Below, piece by piece: positions 1-12,678 of a stretch of DNA of 64,000 nucleotides (position 1 is its first letter; the number at the start of each line of letters is the position of its first letter). The notes beneath the pieces were generated by a model. The model had not been told where the DNA came from and did no database searches. It saw nothing but the letters and a program-made list of their open reading frames with translations. This stretch comes from Spongospora subterranea f. sp. subterranea (taxonomy: Eukaryota). Both the position numbers and the translations under genes were made by a program. The DNA lies in the NCBI GenBank assembly GCA_049724395.1, contig JAUGWO010000057.1, positions 62,001-126,000 on the forward strand, written 5' to 3'.

Positions 1-14
1 TGAAGCCACTTGGA

Positions 15-400
15 CGTCGGTCTAGAATTCCCTCGACCTCCCGATTCCTGCTCGAAATTGTTTAACACAGTTCGCGCCTGAACCTCTCTCGTGACCATAG
101 GTCGCTAACAATGTCTGTAATTATTTCAAACTGAGCCACTTGCCGGACGCCATTCCGATCCAAGTGCTGATAAATTCAGGATCCATCATGCAAACGAATC
201 AACAAATTGACGGCAAATGGTCTCTTCGTGTGTTCGGCAATAATTTGTGTTTCGTCCCACAAATCCTTGAATCGAGTACTTGAATCACATATGGGCTCAC
301 CAGCTTGTCGAGAAATCCGTCCAAAACGCTCCTGTATTTTCAATATAAGGCTTGCTGTACACCCGGTTGGTCTTGATCAGCCGCCCCTGACCGTATAGGG
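15..400. repeat. Dispersed repeat, copy 1 (copy 2 at ~8086-8480), probably TE-derived
   Basis: Near-identical sequence (tctagaattccctcgacctcccgattcc...ccgcccctgaccgta) recurs at ~8094-8474 in the same orientation. Confidence 0.85.
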
Positions 401-409
401 CTCCGACAC

Positions 410-774
410 CATTCGAGAAAGTTTCGTTCTCAGTATCAAACTCGATCTTCGTCGTTCCGAACCATACTACGGCCACTCTGGATGACGACTTGTATGGTAC
501 TCGTGCATCAGACAATCAAGTTAAAACGATTTCCAATCGGAAGTCTGACAAAGCAAGCCTCGCCGGCGAAATCTGATCCCGAGTGTAATCCTGAACAACG
601 CGTCGGCGATGACGTCAGCACAATGGCCTTCTTTGTCAGACTTCCGATTGGAAATCGTTTTAACTTGATTGTCTGATGCACGAGTACCATACAAGTCATC
701 ATCCAGAGTGGCCGTAGTATGGTTCGGAACGACGAAGATCGAGTTTGATACTGAGAACGTAACTTTCTCGAATG
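410..774. repeat. Fold-back inverted repeat #1: arms 410-553 and 631-774
   Basis: Arms of 144 bp are reverse complements with about 2 mismatches; spacer 77 bp. The ORF track shows the same peptides on both strands. Confidence 0.95.
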
Positions 775-1603
775 CAGTCAGGTTCGGGGTCATATCACGC
801 TGTGAGCTCCAGCTGTTAGCGCCCATATTCCCACGATTGGAAGGAGAAAATGCCAGAATATTCTGGGAAATGAATCTGATAACATCTCAAGATGGTGTAT
901 GTTGATTCAGTTTCTCCATGATTGTCCATGGTATGGTTGAGGCTGAACCCGGTGCAGTGCGAATAAAGCATCATCGCCAAGTACTGGTACATTGCTGACA
1001 TGGACAATTCTGGTGCATTGCCGACGTCATGAAGACGCACATGATCTTGTAGCCAATGCAAACATTGCGTCAGCACATCTTAACCAGAAGGATCGCAATC
1101 CCCACACGAGTTGATTGCAGACCCTTCATCCGAAGTTGGTCTCCCAGTCTCTCCATTGCCTTCAGGCAAAACAAACGCGATCGTGCTCCAATGGTATTAT
1201 CAGTGTACTCGTCCTGAAGAACAATAGGAACTTCACCTGGAACATTAATGCTCCATCCTTGAGAAGGCCGGTTTTGAGCAGTTCCAGCTCGAGACACTCC
1301 CGCGTCCGCGACCTCGTCCGCGTCCTCGACCGCGACCTGAACCGATCTCAGAACGGTTTGTCGGCTCCATTACCGATGCTGTAGCACTCATGCTGAAGAA
1401 GGCGATGAAGCGGATCACACTGGGAACAATCAAATCGATCAAGAAGAATGAACCGACACGCAGTTTATTGGGTCATGGTAGACACAATAGGCAAATCGGG
1501 TTGATCTACCGCCTGTCAAATCACTTCAAAATCGACAATCAGATCGTTATGGCCTCTTACAAATAAGCCATGAATCGGCGGATCTGGTTATGGCCGGATA
1601 GGG
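554..1603 (-). mobile_element. Degenerate piggyBac-like DNA transposon, 5' part (copy A)
   Basis: Minus-strand peptides MYQYLAMMLYSHCTG and TATLDDDLYGTRA...RKSDKEGHCADVIADALFRITLGIRFRRRG resemble the region around the first catalytic Asp of piggyBac-type transposases. Ends in AGGG followed by ATAT. Homologous to 12034-12678 and 10101-10372. Confidence 0.55.
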
Positions 1604-3215
1604 ATATAGAAGTACACAATAATGTATCTCTGGATAACATTCTGGTGATTTAGTCCGATTCAAATACACCATAGTCGATGGTTCTCAAGTGCTCTGTGTA
1701 AATTCTCCAAAGACGAACCTGATGACGAGTTGTATTTAGGATATTCGGGGTTGGAAGAGGCAATTGCCGTGTGTTCATTGTCAAAGATGGTCGAGAATCC
1801 TGTAGGATTGGATGAACGATCCTCACGAAGTTACTTTGGAGGATATTCCTTTAGAGCATGACACGCAACCAGAAAATTAACTGGCAATCGTGTCAAAGAA
1901 CTATAAGAGATTTTCAACAACATAAATAGTAATTCCCCAGGGGGGGGGAAGATTCGTTCTTTACGCGCTAGAATCGATTCCCAATGTATATCTTTTGGTT
2001 AAACACAATGATATTCATTAGAAGTTTAAGTGTTTCAGAATCTTCTAATGAAGAGGCACCGGACAATAACTTGGCGATTTCAGGAAAGTGCTCCCGATGA
2101 AACAGAACCAGGGCAATCATCCAAAAAAGGCAAATGATGGGGCAACATCATTCTGACGAATGGCGCCTTGACTCCAAAACTTGCGTTGTCCGATTTTAAA
2201 TTCCACACAGGACTGCCGAGTACATCTGCAAAAAGTCAACGAGGTCGAAAATCCTGGTAATTGTCTCACTGCTGTAGGACACATGGACATGAAATCCTGA
2301 AGACTGTTTACAACTTGTCATCACAATTACCTGACAAGTTCGTAGACGCTACATCTTTCATCGATCCAAGCATCAAGTCGATCGCAGAAGTGCTATCAGA
2401 CCCAGAGGCAATCATTTTAGGGTCCCTCCGGATAGATAGCCAACCTGCTTGCTGAAAATATCGAGTTTGTCTAGGGAATGAGGGAGAGAGGATGTGGGAG
2501 AAGACGACGGTTGCAAGGCGAGACGATAGACGAAGACCCATGTGTGTGTATTGAAAGAAGTAATCGTACCTAACACGGCCTCCACTTTTCGCGACCGGTG
2601 CTCGGCTTGTTCGGGTGGCGTTAGTGGAAATATACTGTGGACCCACGTCATGCGATCTGATTCCCTGACGACAAGTTACCAGAAGGGAATTCTCATTGAT
2701 ATGATCGTGATTACCGAGATTTGGACGACGGGGAGAGATGGACGCGATAGACCATCCCAATTATGTTGTGGGAAATACGAAACTGTAAAGGGGGCGAGGC
2801 CGGTCTCTTAAAGTAAGCAATCCATTCTGAACGGAATAGCGACAATGTACGGGCCGATTGATTTGAGGAGAAAAAAAACGAATTAAGATCTGACCCCTAC
2901 ACAGATAGGTGAAATTCGTCGATCCTGGAAACACACAAACAACAGTTGTCCCCCCAACCCCCGCTCACTCTCGTACAGAGAACGGTTCGATTATGAAAAC
3001 GAAAACTGACGTTCGAGAGCGTTGTTTGCTGTCAAGAACAGCACCACCGTCGATTTCCTCATAATCCATTGTCTGATGGTTCATTTTTGGAATTCAACAT
3101 TTAATGGACGTCGAGAAAGGCATTGTCGATCGCCACAATCTCTCAATTGGGTTCGCGGTTCTCGGTTTTTGTTGCAAAATTATCCGATTGATTCGGGATC
3201 GACGAACAAAATCGT

Positions 3216-3947
3216 GTGGTTGGAGCGTGGTTGAGTTGGTTTTATGTTGGTAACGGTGTATACTTGGGTTGGGCGTTTGGGGTGTCATGGGGTATTTCGG
3301 GGGGCCAGCAGCCAACTGACGACCAAGAGGACTCCCCCATACTCCCGATGACTTCAGATCCCCAGCGGCTCATCGATCCGGGCACCCATGACCCCGACCA
3401 AAACGACACCGCTATCCTGCAGATCATGGACACGATCGACGAACGAATCCTGGAGCTGTCGCAGACGGTGGATGGCGCTACGTTCGCCACATCGAGAACC
3501 ACGGCCCCATGGGAACTGTCCTTGAACCCATCGGACGTCGTCGCCGAGCTATCGGCCCTGAAGGCGCAGCGCACGGTGTGGACGTTCCTGAACGGTATTT
3601 CTAGCGAGGAGCGGTGCGATGGCGAAATGAACCGGGTTCACACGCGCAGCTACAGGGGCGCCATGGAGGAGATCGTCAAGCGATCCGACGTCCTGCGTCG
3701 GGCCCAATCGCTCGCGATTTGGTCGGAAGTGGATCATCGTCTGAGGAACCAGGAGGAGAACTCGTCGATTTCAATGGATTGGAGCACGCCCTGCTCCCAT
3801 ACATTATCGCGGCGTGATTCCCGCCCGGTTTCAGGATATCGCGACGTTCGAGCTGGTCGGCCGATGGGCGATTGGCGATACTGTGCTCTAGCGCGTCTGT
3901 GCAACGAGGGGTTAGTTGGTCGGTCGATGGGTGAACGGACACGATAG
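3216..3947 (+). CDS. Hypothetical GC-rich ORF (243 aa), possibly TE-derived
   Basis: Long ORF with a GC shift and no recognisable motif. Confidence 0.25.
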   Translation: MVGAWLSWFYVGNGVYLGWAFGVSWGISGGQQPTDDQEDSPILPMTSDPQRLIDPGTHDPDQNDTAILQIMDTIDERILELSQTVDGATFATSRTTAPWELSLNPSDVVAELSALKAQRTVWTFLNGISSEERCDGEMNRVHTRSYRGAMEEIVKRSDVLRRAQSLAIWSEVDHRLRNQEENSSISMDWSTPCSHTLSRRDSRPVSGYRDVRAGRPMGDWRYCALARLCNEGLVGRSMGERTR

Positions 3948-4073
3948 GACGACCTTTGATTTGACTGGATTCGGTATCGTCCATGATCATTGGGTGGGGG
4001 TCGTTGTCGATCACAAACGATTTCGGAGGGTTTAAAACCGATTATGGACGAACACACGCGATGATCGAGAGTA

Positions 4074-4084
4074 TCTCTCGCTCG

Positions 4085-4117
<33 letters not shown>
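4074..4117. repeat. (CT)n microsatellite
   Basis: Imperfect CT dinucleotide run, seen directly. Confidence 0.9.
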
Positions 4118-4156
4118 GGCCACATGTTCAGGTCCTCGATCATATCGAGGTGGGCC

Positions 4157-7100
4157 TGTTAATATCCCCTGGGAATAAATCACTTCCTTCTCCCTTCGTC
4201 TTTTACAGATTAACAGTCGATTCTGCTGCTATGACTTCATTGTTCCAACGCTAACCAATGACAATCACGGAATATGATCCCGACAGTTTCGTCTAGGATT
4301 GAAGGCCGTCGGCGTTAATCACGTCATTGAAGGTGGTGCTTGTGTAGCCGCCGATCTAGACGAGAAAATCCGCGCCATTCTGCTTTTAGTATGGTTGAAA
4401 ACGTTTACCCCATCGTGGAAATTCCACGAGTACAAGGGCGATTTTGGAGAAAGGTTTGGCGACAAATCCACAATTGGGGCGTTGATCGCCATACAAGAAG
4501 TTTTTGCTATCAAGCAGGTTCCTTAACAGTGTGGGAGTACATCGCTAAGAATCAAAACGCAGGTAATAATGTTTCGAGAGTAGCATCGGATTTTGATCAT
4601 CATCAACGACAATCTGCTTGATCTGATCATGTTGATGGGTGTTTCTGATGAGTATCAAACATTAGTCGACACCATTGATGCAACATCGGAATCGTTTACC
4701 AGTCTGAATGTTCTATCGAAGCTCCAGAGCGCTGAGCGTCGACACGCTGTCCGGGATAAGGGAGGACCGTCTGTATTTGAACGACTTTATGAAGCCTTGA
4801 AAAGCCTCATCAAGAAAGGAATGGTTAATGTCACCTATTCGAACATCCTTGAAAGAGTTTGTAATTTGGGAAAGATGACCCGAGGGCGATTCCCAAAGCG
4901 CAATCAAAGGTGTATGGCCACTAAAGTGCTGCAAAGAGTATATTCAGACGTCTGCGGCCCATTTCCGGTGACTGCTTTAAGCTCAAAGTCCAAGTATTTT
5001 GTCTGTTTATTGACGAATTCTCAAGATTCATCTGGGTTTATATAATCTGGAAAAGAAATCCGACGTCTTGATAGTAAAAGCAACAAAGCTGTTTGTCCAA
5101 GAATCGACGCGATTCAGTGGATTGTCAATCGAACATTTGATATGCTTTCAAACAGACAACGGCGGTGATTACATGTCTCTAGACATGAAAGAATATCTTA
5201 GCGGGATCATTCATCAGACATCCGTTCCTATGATCACGAACAGCAGGGATTTGCCGAGCGACCAATTTGAACAATTGTGGAGGAAGCGGAATGTATCAGA
5301 TTTCACGCTAAATTGCCTTAAAATTTTTGGGGTGATGCAATTGGGACCACCGTTTACATCTACAACCGATTTTCAACATTCTGCTTTACAATACAAGACT
5401 CCATATGAGAAATGGTTTGGCAAAGTCCCTTCGCTGAATCATGTTAGAGCATTTGGATGTGGCTCATGGGTGCATCAACAAAATAGACATCAAGTTCGAT
5501 TAACCCCGAGATCTTTCGAAGCAATTTTTATCGGGTATGACCACCGGAAAAGGGCTACAAGATCTGGGACTTTACCCAGCGAAGAAGTGTAAGTAGTCGA
5601 GATGCTAAATTTGACGAATCGTCTTTTCAGCTTCAATGAGAAAGTGGATCGGGCCGGTACAATATCAGGGCAAATCCAGAACTTGATGTCACTTCTGTCG
5701 ACGGTTAAAGAGAACGAACTCCCTGCGGGAGCAGAAATTTACGATAATATTCTTCCACAGTTCCTGAAGATGATTCAATTCTTTTGCAGCCAGCCAGCAA
5801 ACCCGACTCAGCCAGCCAACCGACTCAGCCAGCCAACCCGACGAACCAAAATTAAGACGATCCTCTCGGGCCCCAAACCCAAGAGATCTCTACATCGCAT
5901 GTCACTCGACTGCACAGGATTTTTCAGGAATTCAAGCGTCCAGTATTCCTATTCCGATCAGATACATAGAAGCTGTAAATTCTCCATACGGTCGATACTG
6001 GAAGGAGGCGGCAGAATGCTGAATTTGAGACGCAGCAAAAATGTCAGACCTGGATATCAGCTGATAAACCCAAGAACCGAAAGTCAATTAGTTGTCGTTG
6101 GGTTTTTACCCGTCAAATCCCTGCCCAGCGGAGAAATTCATAAATTTAAGGCCAGACTGGTGGTTGGAGGATTTTCCCAACGCGTTGGTGATTTTGACGA
6201 GACGCTCTCACCAGTTGCACATGCAGAATCGCAACGCCTGCTTCTGGCACTTACTGTTCAGAAGGGACTGCGACTCAATCAGGCTGACGTGATGAGCGCT
6301 TTTCTCAATGGCGATATCAATGCGTCAATTTTCATGGAGCAACCTGAGGGTTATCGAGACGAGAAATATCCTGGGTTTATCTCAAGCTTTTAAAAGGGCT
6401 ATATGGCCTTGAGCAAGCGGGTCACATTTGGAATGAGAAATTAAACGACTTCCTGGTCCAAATCCTGGGCTTTACTCGAGGTAAATCTGATTCGTGTTTC
6501 TACTACATTCTAAACAGCTTGGGAACTGTCGTATATCTTACCCTCCATGTCGATGACATGTTATTTGCACACAACGATGACGTGTTAATGCAACAAATCA
6601 TGGACAAGTTGCACACCGCTTTTGGGATTACTGATCTGGGAAACTGGAGAAAGTTTTGGGAATTCGCATCAATCATGACGAGGAGAACACAACTATTTTT
6701 ATTGATCAACAGACCTATATCGACGACCTTTTTAACTAAATTCAATATGTTCGATATCAAACCTGTGGACACACCACACCAACCAGGTCTGTATCTGTCG
6801 AAGATCATGTCGCCTTCAACAGAAGCTGAGCGGCAGTTAATGGCCAATATTCCAAGCAGGAAACTCATCGGATCGTTAAATTACATTGTTACTAAACAGT
6901 TCTCATCCTGTCAACGTTTTATGCCAGTTCATGGAGAATCCAGGAAGGGATCACTGGACGGCTGCAAAGCGTGTACTACGTTTTTCAAAGGGAACATCGT
7001 CATGGGGACTTGAGTTTATTGCTAACAACAAACCGATTGAGGCCTACAGCGACAGTAATTTCGCCGGTGATCCAGATCTGAGGCGTTCTACCTCAGGCTT

Positions 7101-7656
7101 TATCTGCGTTATCAGTGGAGCTCCAGTCATTTGGAGAAGTCATCGCCAGAAGACCACTGCAGAATCGTCGTTGGAATCAGAATACATGGCACTACATCTG
7201 GCATCTCGAGAGATGAAATGGCTCAAGCAATTCCTCATGAAATTGCAGGTCGTGAACAATAGTGATTTCATCCTCATTAAAGGCGACAATCGAGGATCGC
7301 TCAGCGTGGCTAACAATAACTTGACAGACAGGAGAACAAAACATATCGACGTCAAATTCCATGCATCAGAGATAGGGTCGACGACGGTACTATCTCTTTG
7401 GAATATTGTCCTACCGAGACAATGGTTTGCCGATTTTCTCAGAAACCGATCTCGACGCCTAAATTTCTGTGGTGCCGTACACGTTCCGGCATCATCTCGA
7501 GGGGGTGTGTTAAGTCGACACCTGATCCACCGTCTCTTCACGTCCCACCAGATATTTTCTACTGTTCTCCCGCTTGTCGTCATGGCAGCGAATTAACTAG
7601 GAGTATTCTACACTAATAAATCACTTCCTTCTCCCTTCATCTTTTACATTTTCAAC
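4157..7656 (+). mobile_element. Ty1/copia LTR retrotransposon, frameshifted
   Basis: Domain order gag, integrase (VYSDVCGP, QTDNGGDY, KTPYEKWFG..PSLNHVRAFGC), RT (FKARLVVGGFSQ, DVMSAFLNGDI, LHVDDM), RNase H (YSDSNFAGD..RRSTSG, RTKHIDVKFH). PPT gaggggg lies before a 3' LTR at 7508-~7656. The 5' LTR remnant 4157-4215 (TGTTAA...TTAACA) shares aataaatcacttccttctcccttc with it. Confidence 0.93.
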
Positions 7657-8085
7657 CCTCTGATTGGGGGCTGTGTGTGTGTTGGACCACAATGTCGTCC
7701 CGGTTTGGTCACAGATCTCGCCGACCCAAGGCAATGGGTGTTGACGGGAACGCCCCGCGATCACCTTCGCCCCCATCATTCTCCACCGATCTCCTTTCGA
7801 CAATAAAGCCACTGGATTTGTTGATCGTCCTTTGTCGTTCCCCGAGCACACTTCTTGGTTATCGCCCTCGCCATTTACATCGTCTTCGTCCATTGTCCAT
7901 CATCATCGTTTATCCAATCATCGCTTGGCCCAATGTCTCTCCTGCTCCGACGTGCTTGGGCAATCCCGCAGATGATGATGACCGTTGTCAAAAATTTGAT
8001 CTGCCTATTAGGGGGACGTTGGGGTTATTGGAACGTCCCCGCTTCCTGAGCAGGGTTATATATCGGCCGGACGGCTGTACCCTTA

Positions 8086-8480
8086 GACGTCGATCTAGAA
8101 TTCCCTCGACCTCCCGATTCCTGCTCGAAATTGTTCAACACATTTCGCGCCTGAACCTCTCTCGTGACATAGGTCGCTAACATGTCTGTAATTATCTCAA
8201 ACTGAGCCACTTGCCGGACCCCATTCCGATCCAAGTGCTGATAAAAATCAGGATCCATCAATGCAAACGAATCGAATCAACAAATTGACGACAGATGGTC
8301 TCTTCGTGTGTTCGGGCAAAAATTTGTGTTTTGTCCCACAAATCCTTGAATCGAGTACTTAAATCACATATGGGCTCACCAGCTTGTCGAGAAATCCGTC
8401 CAAAACGCTCCTGTATTTCCAATATAAGGTTTGTTGTACACCCGGTTGGTCTCGATCAGCCGCCCCTGACCGTAAGGCCC
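8086..8480. repeat. Dispersed repeat, copy 2 (see 15-400)
   Basis: Direct similarity to the start of the window. Confidence 0.85.
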
Positions 8481-10100
8481 TACATGACCAATCGGCCGTG
8501 CTTGAACAGGCCCATCGACACAGCGTAGAAATTCTGATCCACGAGCAGTGTTGTCATGGATATCTGTGGACATCTGTGAGTATGTTGAAACTGGGCATCA
8601 AACACTCGTCGAACTTGAGGAAGCGCCATACCAACACATCCTGGTCCAACTCGGGTCTAAACCTTATGACCCACAAGGCGACAAACGTCCTCTTGAGATA
8701 TGTGCTCGGATGCCCTTTCAGTGGTATATCCTGGACGTGCTCAACATGAAGAACCTCCTGCAAATCGGAGGGTGTGATTGCCACATAGCGAACCGATTTT
8801 GTATTTGATGTCCGGCGGGATATCTGGTTGAATATGATCTGCTTCTACACCACCTTGGATAACACCGATGATCGTTTGCGTCGAAATCAACTCCTCCAAT
8901 CTTGGAGAATCTTTCATTCATACGCTGATCGATATATATTGAACCTGTAGTGTTTTTTTGGCCAAAAGTACTCTATGGGCAGGAACGCCTCGGTACTGGA
9001 GTAGCCAGTTGTAAGAAAAGGTTTGAACAAATGATAGTATTAAAAAAGAGAGAGAGATTCACCCATCCCGCGATCCGAAACTTACTTCGCGCTAACGCTG
9101 CGCCACCTCAGAACCAACGCCGCTTTAGGATTCAGTTTTCCCGCTCTCTTTTGCTGCGATTTTTCCACTGGTTCCGAATATTCCGATCGATTCTTCATAT
9201 CGTTTCTCGTGCTGAACACGAGATTGCCCTTGCCTCTGGCCATGACGTGGCAAAGCCACTATAGAAATAGTGTAGATCAAAGGCAATAACCCTTTATAGT
9301 TTGCAGTAAAAGCCTTTGTGATGCGCGTTCGGGTTTAGAATGCTATTCCGGTACAAAAATCAATACGATAGTCGTCGCCGACGATATAACGGCGAGAAAG
9401 ACTCGAATCTGGAAGCTATCTCTACACCCTCAATCAGTGATAAATTCGAGTCCTTTATTGAGTACGACTACCATGGTTGTTATCGGTGCGATGACAACCA
9501 TGGATCGTTGACCGCTAGCCAGCCAACCCTACGCGACCTGGTTTCGCCTTCGGCTCATGAAAACCTGTGTATACTATACTATACCATACAGATTGACTGG
9601 GTAAAGCCCACAGACCTTCTCCTTTTCCATGATCTGATCAACCACCTTCTGGAAATAAACGTGAACAATAAATTCAACATTTATAACAGCATTAAACGCA
9701 ATTCCCATAGACGAAAGACATCGTCAAAATCAATCCAAACAGCATTCGCCATAAATCAGAGTAAGCGTTGACACAAAATACAGGAAGCCCTTCAATTCAA
9801 CCGTTGCCGGTTGTGGGCAATGCCAAGTACTAAGAAATCGACCGGTCAAAACGGAAGGAAATCGTGTCGTGCGGGCGGAAACTCATTTCTTTGTGGGACA
9901 CACCCACTCATCACTCATGTTTGGTTATATCAGACACGCCCTATTACCATTACCATATACTCTACGTCGGAACTGTCCCCCAAACCCTAAACTTCGTGAA
10001 GACCGAACGCTACGCAGTTTGTGGTTGGGTTTCGGGTTGGCAAACCGGGTTCGGGTTGGTTGCTTTGAGGTCCTACCTGGGCCGGGTTGGGTGGTCGCTT

Positions 10101-10372
10101 CCCTACGGTCAGTTATGGTCGAAAATTCCGCCATAACGCACTACGCTTTTTTTGTCCATTCTGGGCTTTATCAGTCCGTTATGGCAGAATAATCGGCTGA
10201 AATCTAGTCGACTTTGAAGTGATTTGACTGGCGGTAGATCAACCCGATTTACCTATAAACTTGAGGTTGTGTCTACCATGACCCAATAAACCCGTGTAGG
10301 TTCATTTTTTCTTGATTGTTTTAATAATTGTGCCCAGTGTGAGCTGCATCATCGCCTTCTTCAGCATGAGTG
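10101..10372 (+). mobile_element. piggyBac-like terminal fragment (copy B)
   Basis: Starts CCCTACGGTCAGTTATGG and is the reverse complement of 12428-12678. Confidence 0.6.
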
Positions 10373-10615
10373 TTTGAAGAGGCCGATTATGGAATCACGA
10401 TTTTCAGCATAGAGCTGCTTGCCGAGGCGTTTGACTGTGCCAATATTCTTGGTGACGTTGAGCACCATGGGTTTTGGATGACGCGACTCAACTAACTCTC
10501 CGTCTGAGCAGATCTGACCCGAGAGTTTTGGTGTTTTCTCCAGAATGCGTTTCAGCGCTTGACCTTACTGGAGGTTCAGCACATACTGAGCCATTCGTGT
10601 GTCGACGATGCCGAT

Positions 10616-10998
10616 CCGTTTAACGATGCGACGCACCAGCTGTGGTGCTTAGCACGTGTCCTGACGGTCTCGCAGCCCGCTGCAATCGTTAAAATCGACA
10701 CGCCATGCCATCCAGTTTGGTGGAACAATGCCATGCGAATGGTTTTGCCGTCACCACGAATGATGGATGCTGTCATTTCATCGCTAAACAGCGTGATATT
10801 CAATATGGTAATTGTCTGCAGTTGATATCATACCGTGTTGACAGCATCCATCATTCGTGGTGACGGCAAAACCATTCGCATGGCATTGTTTCACCAAACT
10901 GGATGGCATGGCGTGTCGATTTTAACGATTGCAGCGGGCTGCGAGACCGTCAGGACACGTGCTAAGCACCACAGCTGGTGCGTCGCATCGTAAAACGG
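10616..10998. repeat. Fold-back inverted repeat #2: arms 10616-10775 and 10839-10998
   Basis: Arms of 160 bp, about 2 mismatches, spacer 63 bp. Confidence 0.95.
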
Positions 10999-11289
10999 TG
11001 TCTACAAGCTGAACGTAAAAGTTGCTCGAGTGCAATCATGATGGATACATAAATTTGACAATGATGCATCGCATATAATAACGCTGAACACAGTTCAAAA
11101 AAGAGGACTCCGTTTTATGCAAATTATGGTTTTCATCCTCGTCGTGACGAAAACCTGAGTGGAGTACCACCAGCAGTACCCCAAGCTGACGAGAGAGCAA
11201 ACCACCTGTCGAGTATTCGGAAGTTCCTGCAACACCAACTACGACAAGCAGTTGCAACTATGAAGAAACATGCAGATAGTTCACGTCAG

Positions 11290-11942
11290 GACCTACCTGG
11301 ATTCCAAATTGGAAGTCGCGTATGGCTGTGGCGAGGAGAGATTGCAACGCTTCGACCTTGTAGCAAAACTAGAGAACAAATTATTGGGTCCTTTTGAAGT
11401 TGTTCGTCTCGTAAATCCAGTTACATATGAGTTACGTTTGCTACCTCAATGCCGTATTCACAATGTGTTCCATGTCTCGCAACAGGAGCCATTCGTCCCT
11501 GATGATTTTCCTGGTCGCGTAGTCCCATCACCCGGGCCAATCCACACTGACGACGACCATGCAACGTTGTTCGAGGTTGAGCAAGTGTTAGACTCGAGAG
11601 TATTCAGGGGCCAGCTACAGTACTTACTTCATTGGAAGGGTTATTCCTCGTCAGACCGGTCTTGGGCGCCAGCTTCGAAGTTTAGGGGCAACAGATGCAT
11701 CAAAGGAACATGTCCTGGAATGCCACAAGAATCAACCCAATAAGCCGGGACCTTTACGGGACAAGAAAAGCAAACAAAAGGGGAGATAATGTCAGGAACA
11801 TTTCAGGCAATATTCCTGTCAGTTACGGCGTGCGGAGTCTGGGGCTAGGTCATTCCGGATTATCTCTAATAAAGAGTAGCTCTGTGCTGGTCTGTTGATT
11901 GTCATCAGCATTTCCTGTTCCTGTGTCCGGGTGTCCGTAACA
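11290..11942 (+). mobile_element. 3' fragment of a chromodomain Ty3/gypsy element with PPT and LTR (11790-11942)
   Basis: KLENKLLGPFEV...HNVFHVSQ (integrase GPF/Y region) and FEVEQVLDSR...YLLHWKGY..SDRSW (chromodomain). Purine tract aaaaggggaga is followed by TGTCAGG...CGTAACA. Confidence 0.85.
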
Positions 11943-11943
11943 T

Positions 11944-12280
11944 TCCAGGTGAAGTTCCTATTGTTCTTCAGGACGAGTACACTGATAATACCATTGGAGA
12001 ACGATCGCGTTTGTTTTGCCTGAGAACAATGGATGACATGGACAATTCTGGTGCATTGCCGACGTCATGAAGACGCACATAATCTTGTAGCCAATGCAAA
12101 CATTGCGTCAGCACATCGTTAACCAGAAGGATCGTAATCCCCACACGAGTTGATTGCAGACCCTTCATTCGAAGTTGGTCTCCCAGTCTCTCCATTGCCT
12201 TCAGGCAAAACAAACGCGATCGTTCTCCAATGGTATTATCAGTGTACTCGTCCTGAAAAACAATAGGAACTTCACATGGA
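11944..12280. repeat. Fold-back inverted repeat #3: arms 11944-12033 and 12191-12280
   Basis: Arms of about 90 bp are reverse complements with a few mismatches; spacer about 157 bp. Confidence 0.9.
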
Positions 12281-12678
12281 TCATTAATGCTCCATTCTTG
12301 AGAAGGCCGGTTTTGAGCAGTTCCAGCTCGAGATACTCCTTGCCCGCGTCCGCGACCTCGTCCGCGTCCTCGCCCGCGACCTGAACCGATCTCAGAACGG
12401 TTTGTTGGCTCCATTACCGATGCTGTAGCACTCATGCTGAAGAAGGCGATGATGCAGATCACACTGGGAATAAAAAAAAATGAACCGACACGCAGTTTAT
12501 TGGGTCATGGTAGACACAACCTCAAGTTTATAGGCAAATCCGGTTGATCTACCGCCTGTCAAATCACTTCAAAGTCGACTACCGTAGATTTCAGATCGTT
12601 ATGGCCGAGACAAGCCCTGAATGGACAAAAAAGCGTAGTGCGTTATGGCGGAATTTTCGGCCATAACTGACCGCAGGG
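12034..12678 (-). mobile_element. piggyBac-like 5' fragment (copy C)
   Basis: Highly similar to 995-1550 (same SGRGRGRGRG peptide). Ends ...CCGCAGGG followed by ATAT. Confidence 0.6.

Noticed and set aside
2690..2960. LINE endonuclease remnant (DMIVITEIW)
   Set aside because: A single short motif with no supporting downstream motifs.
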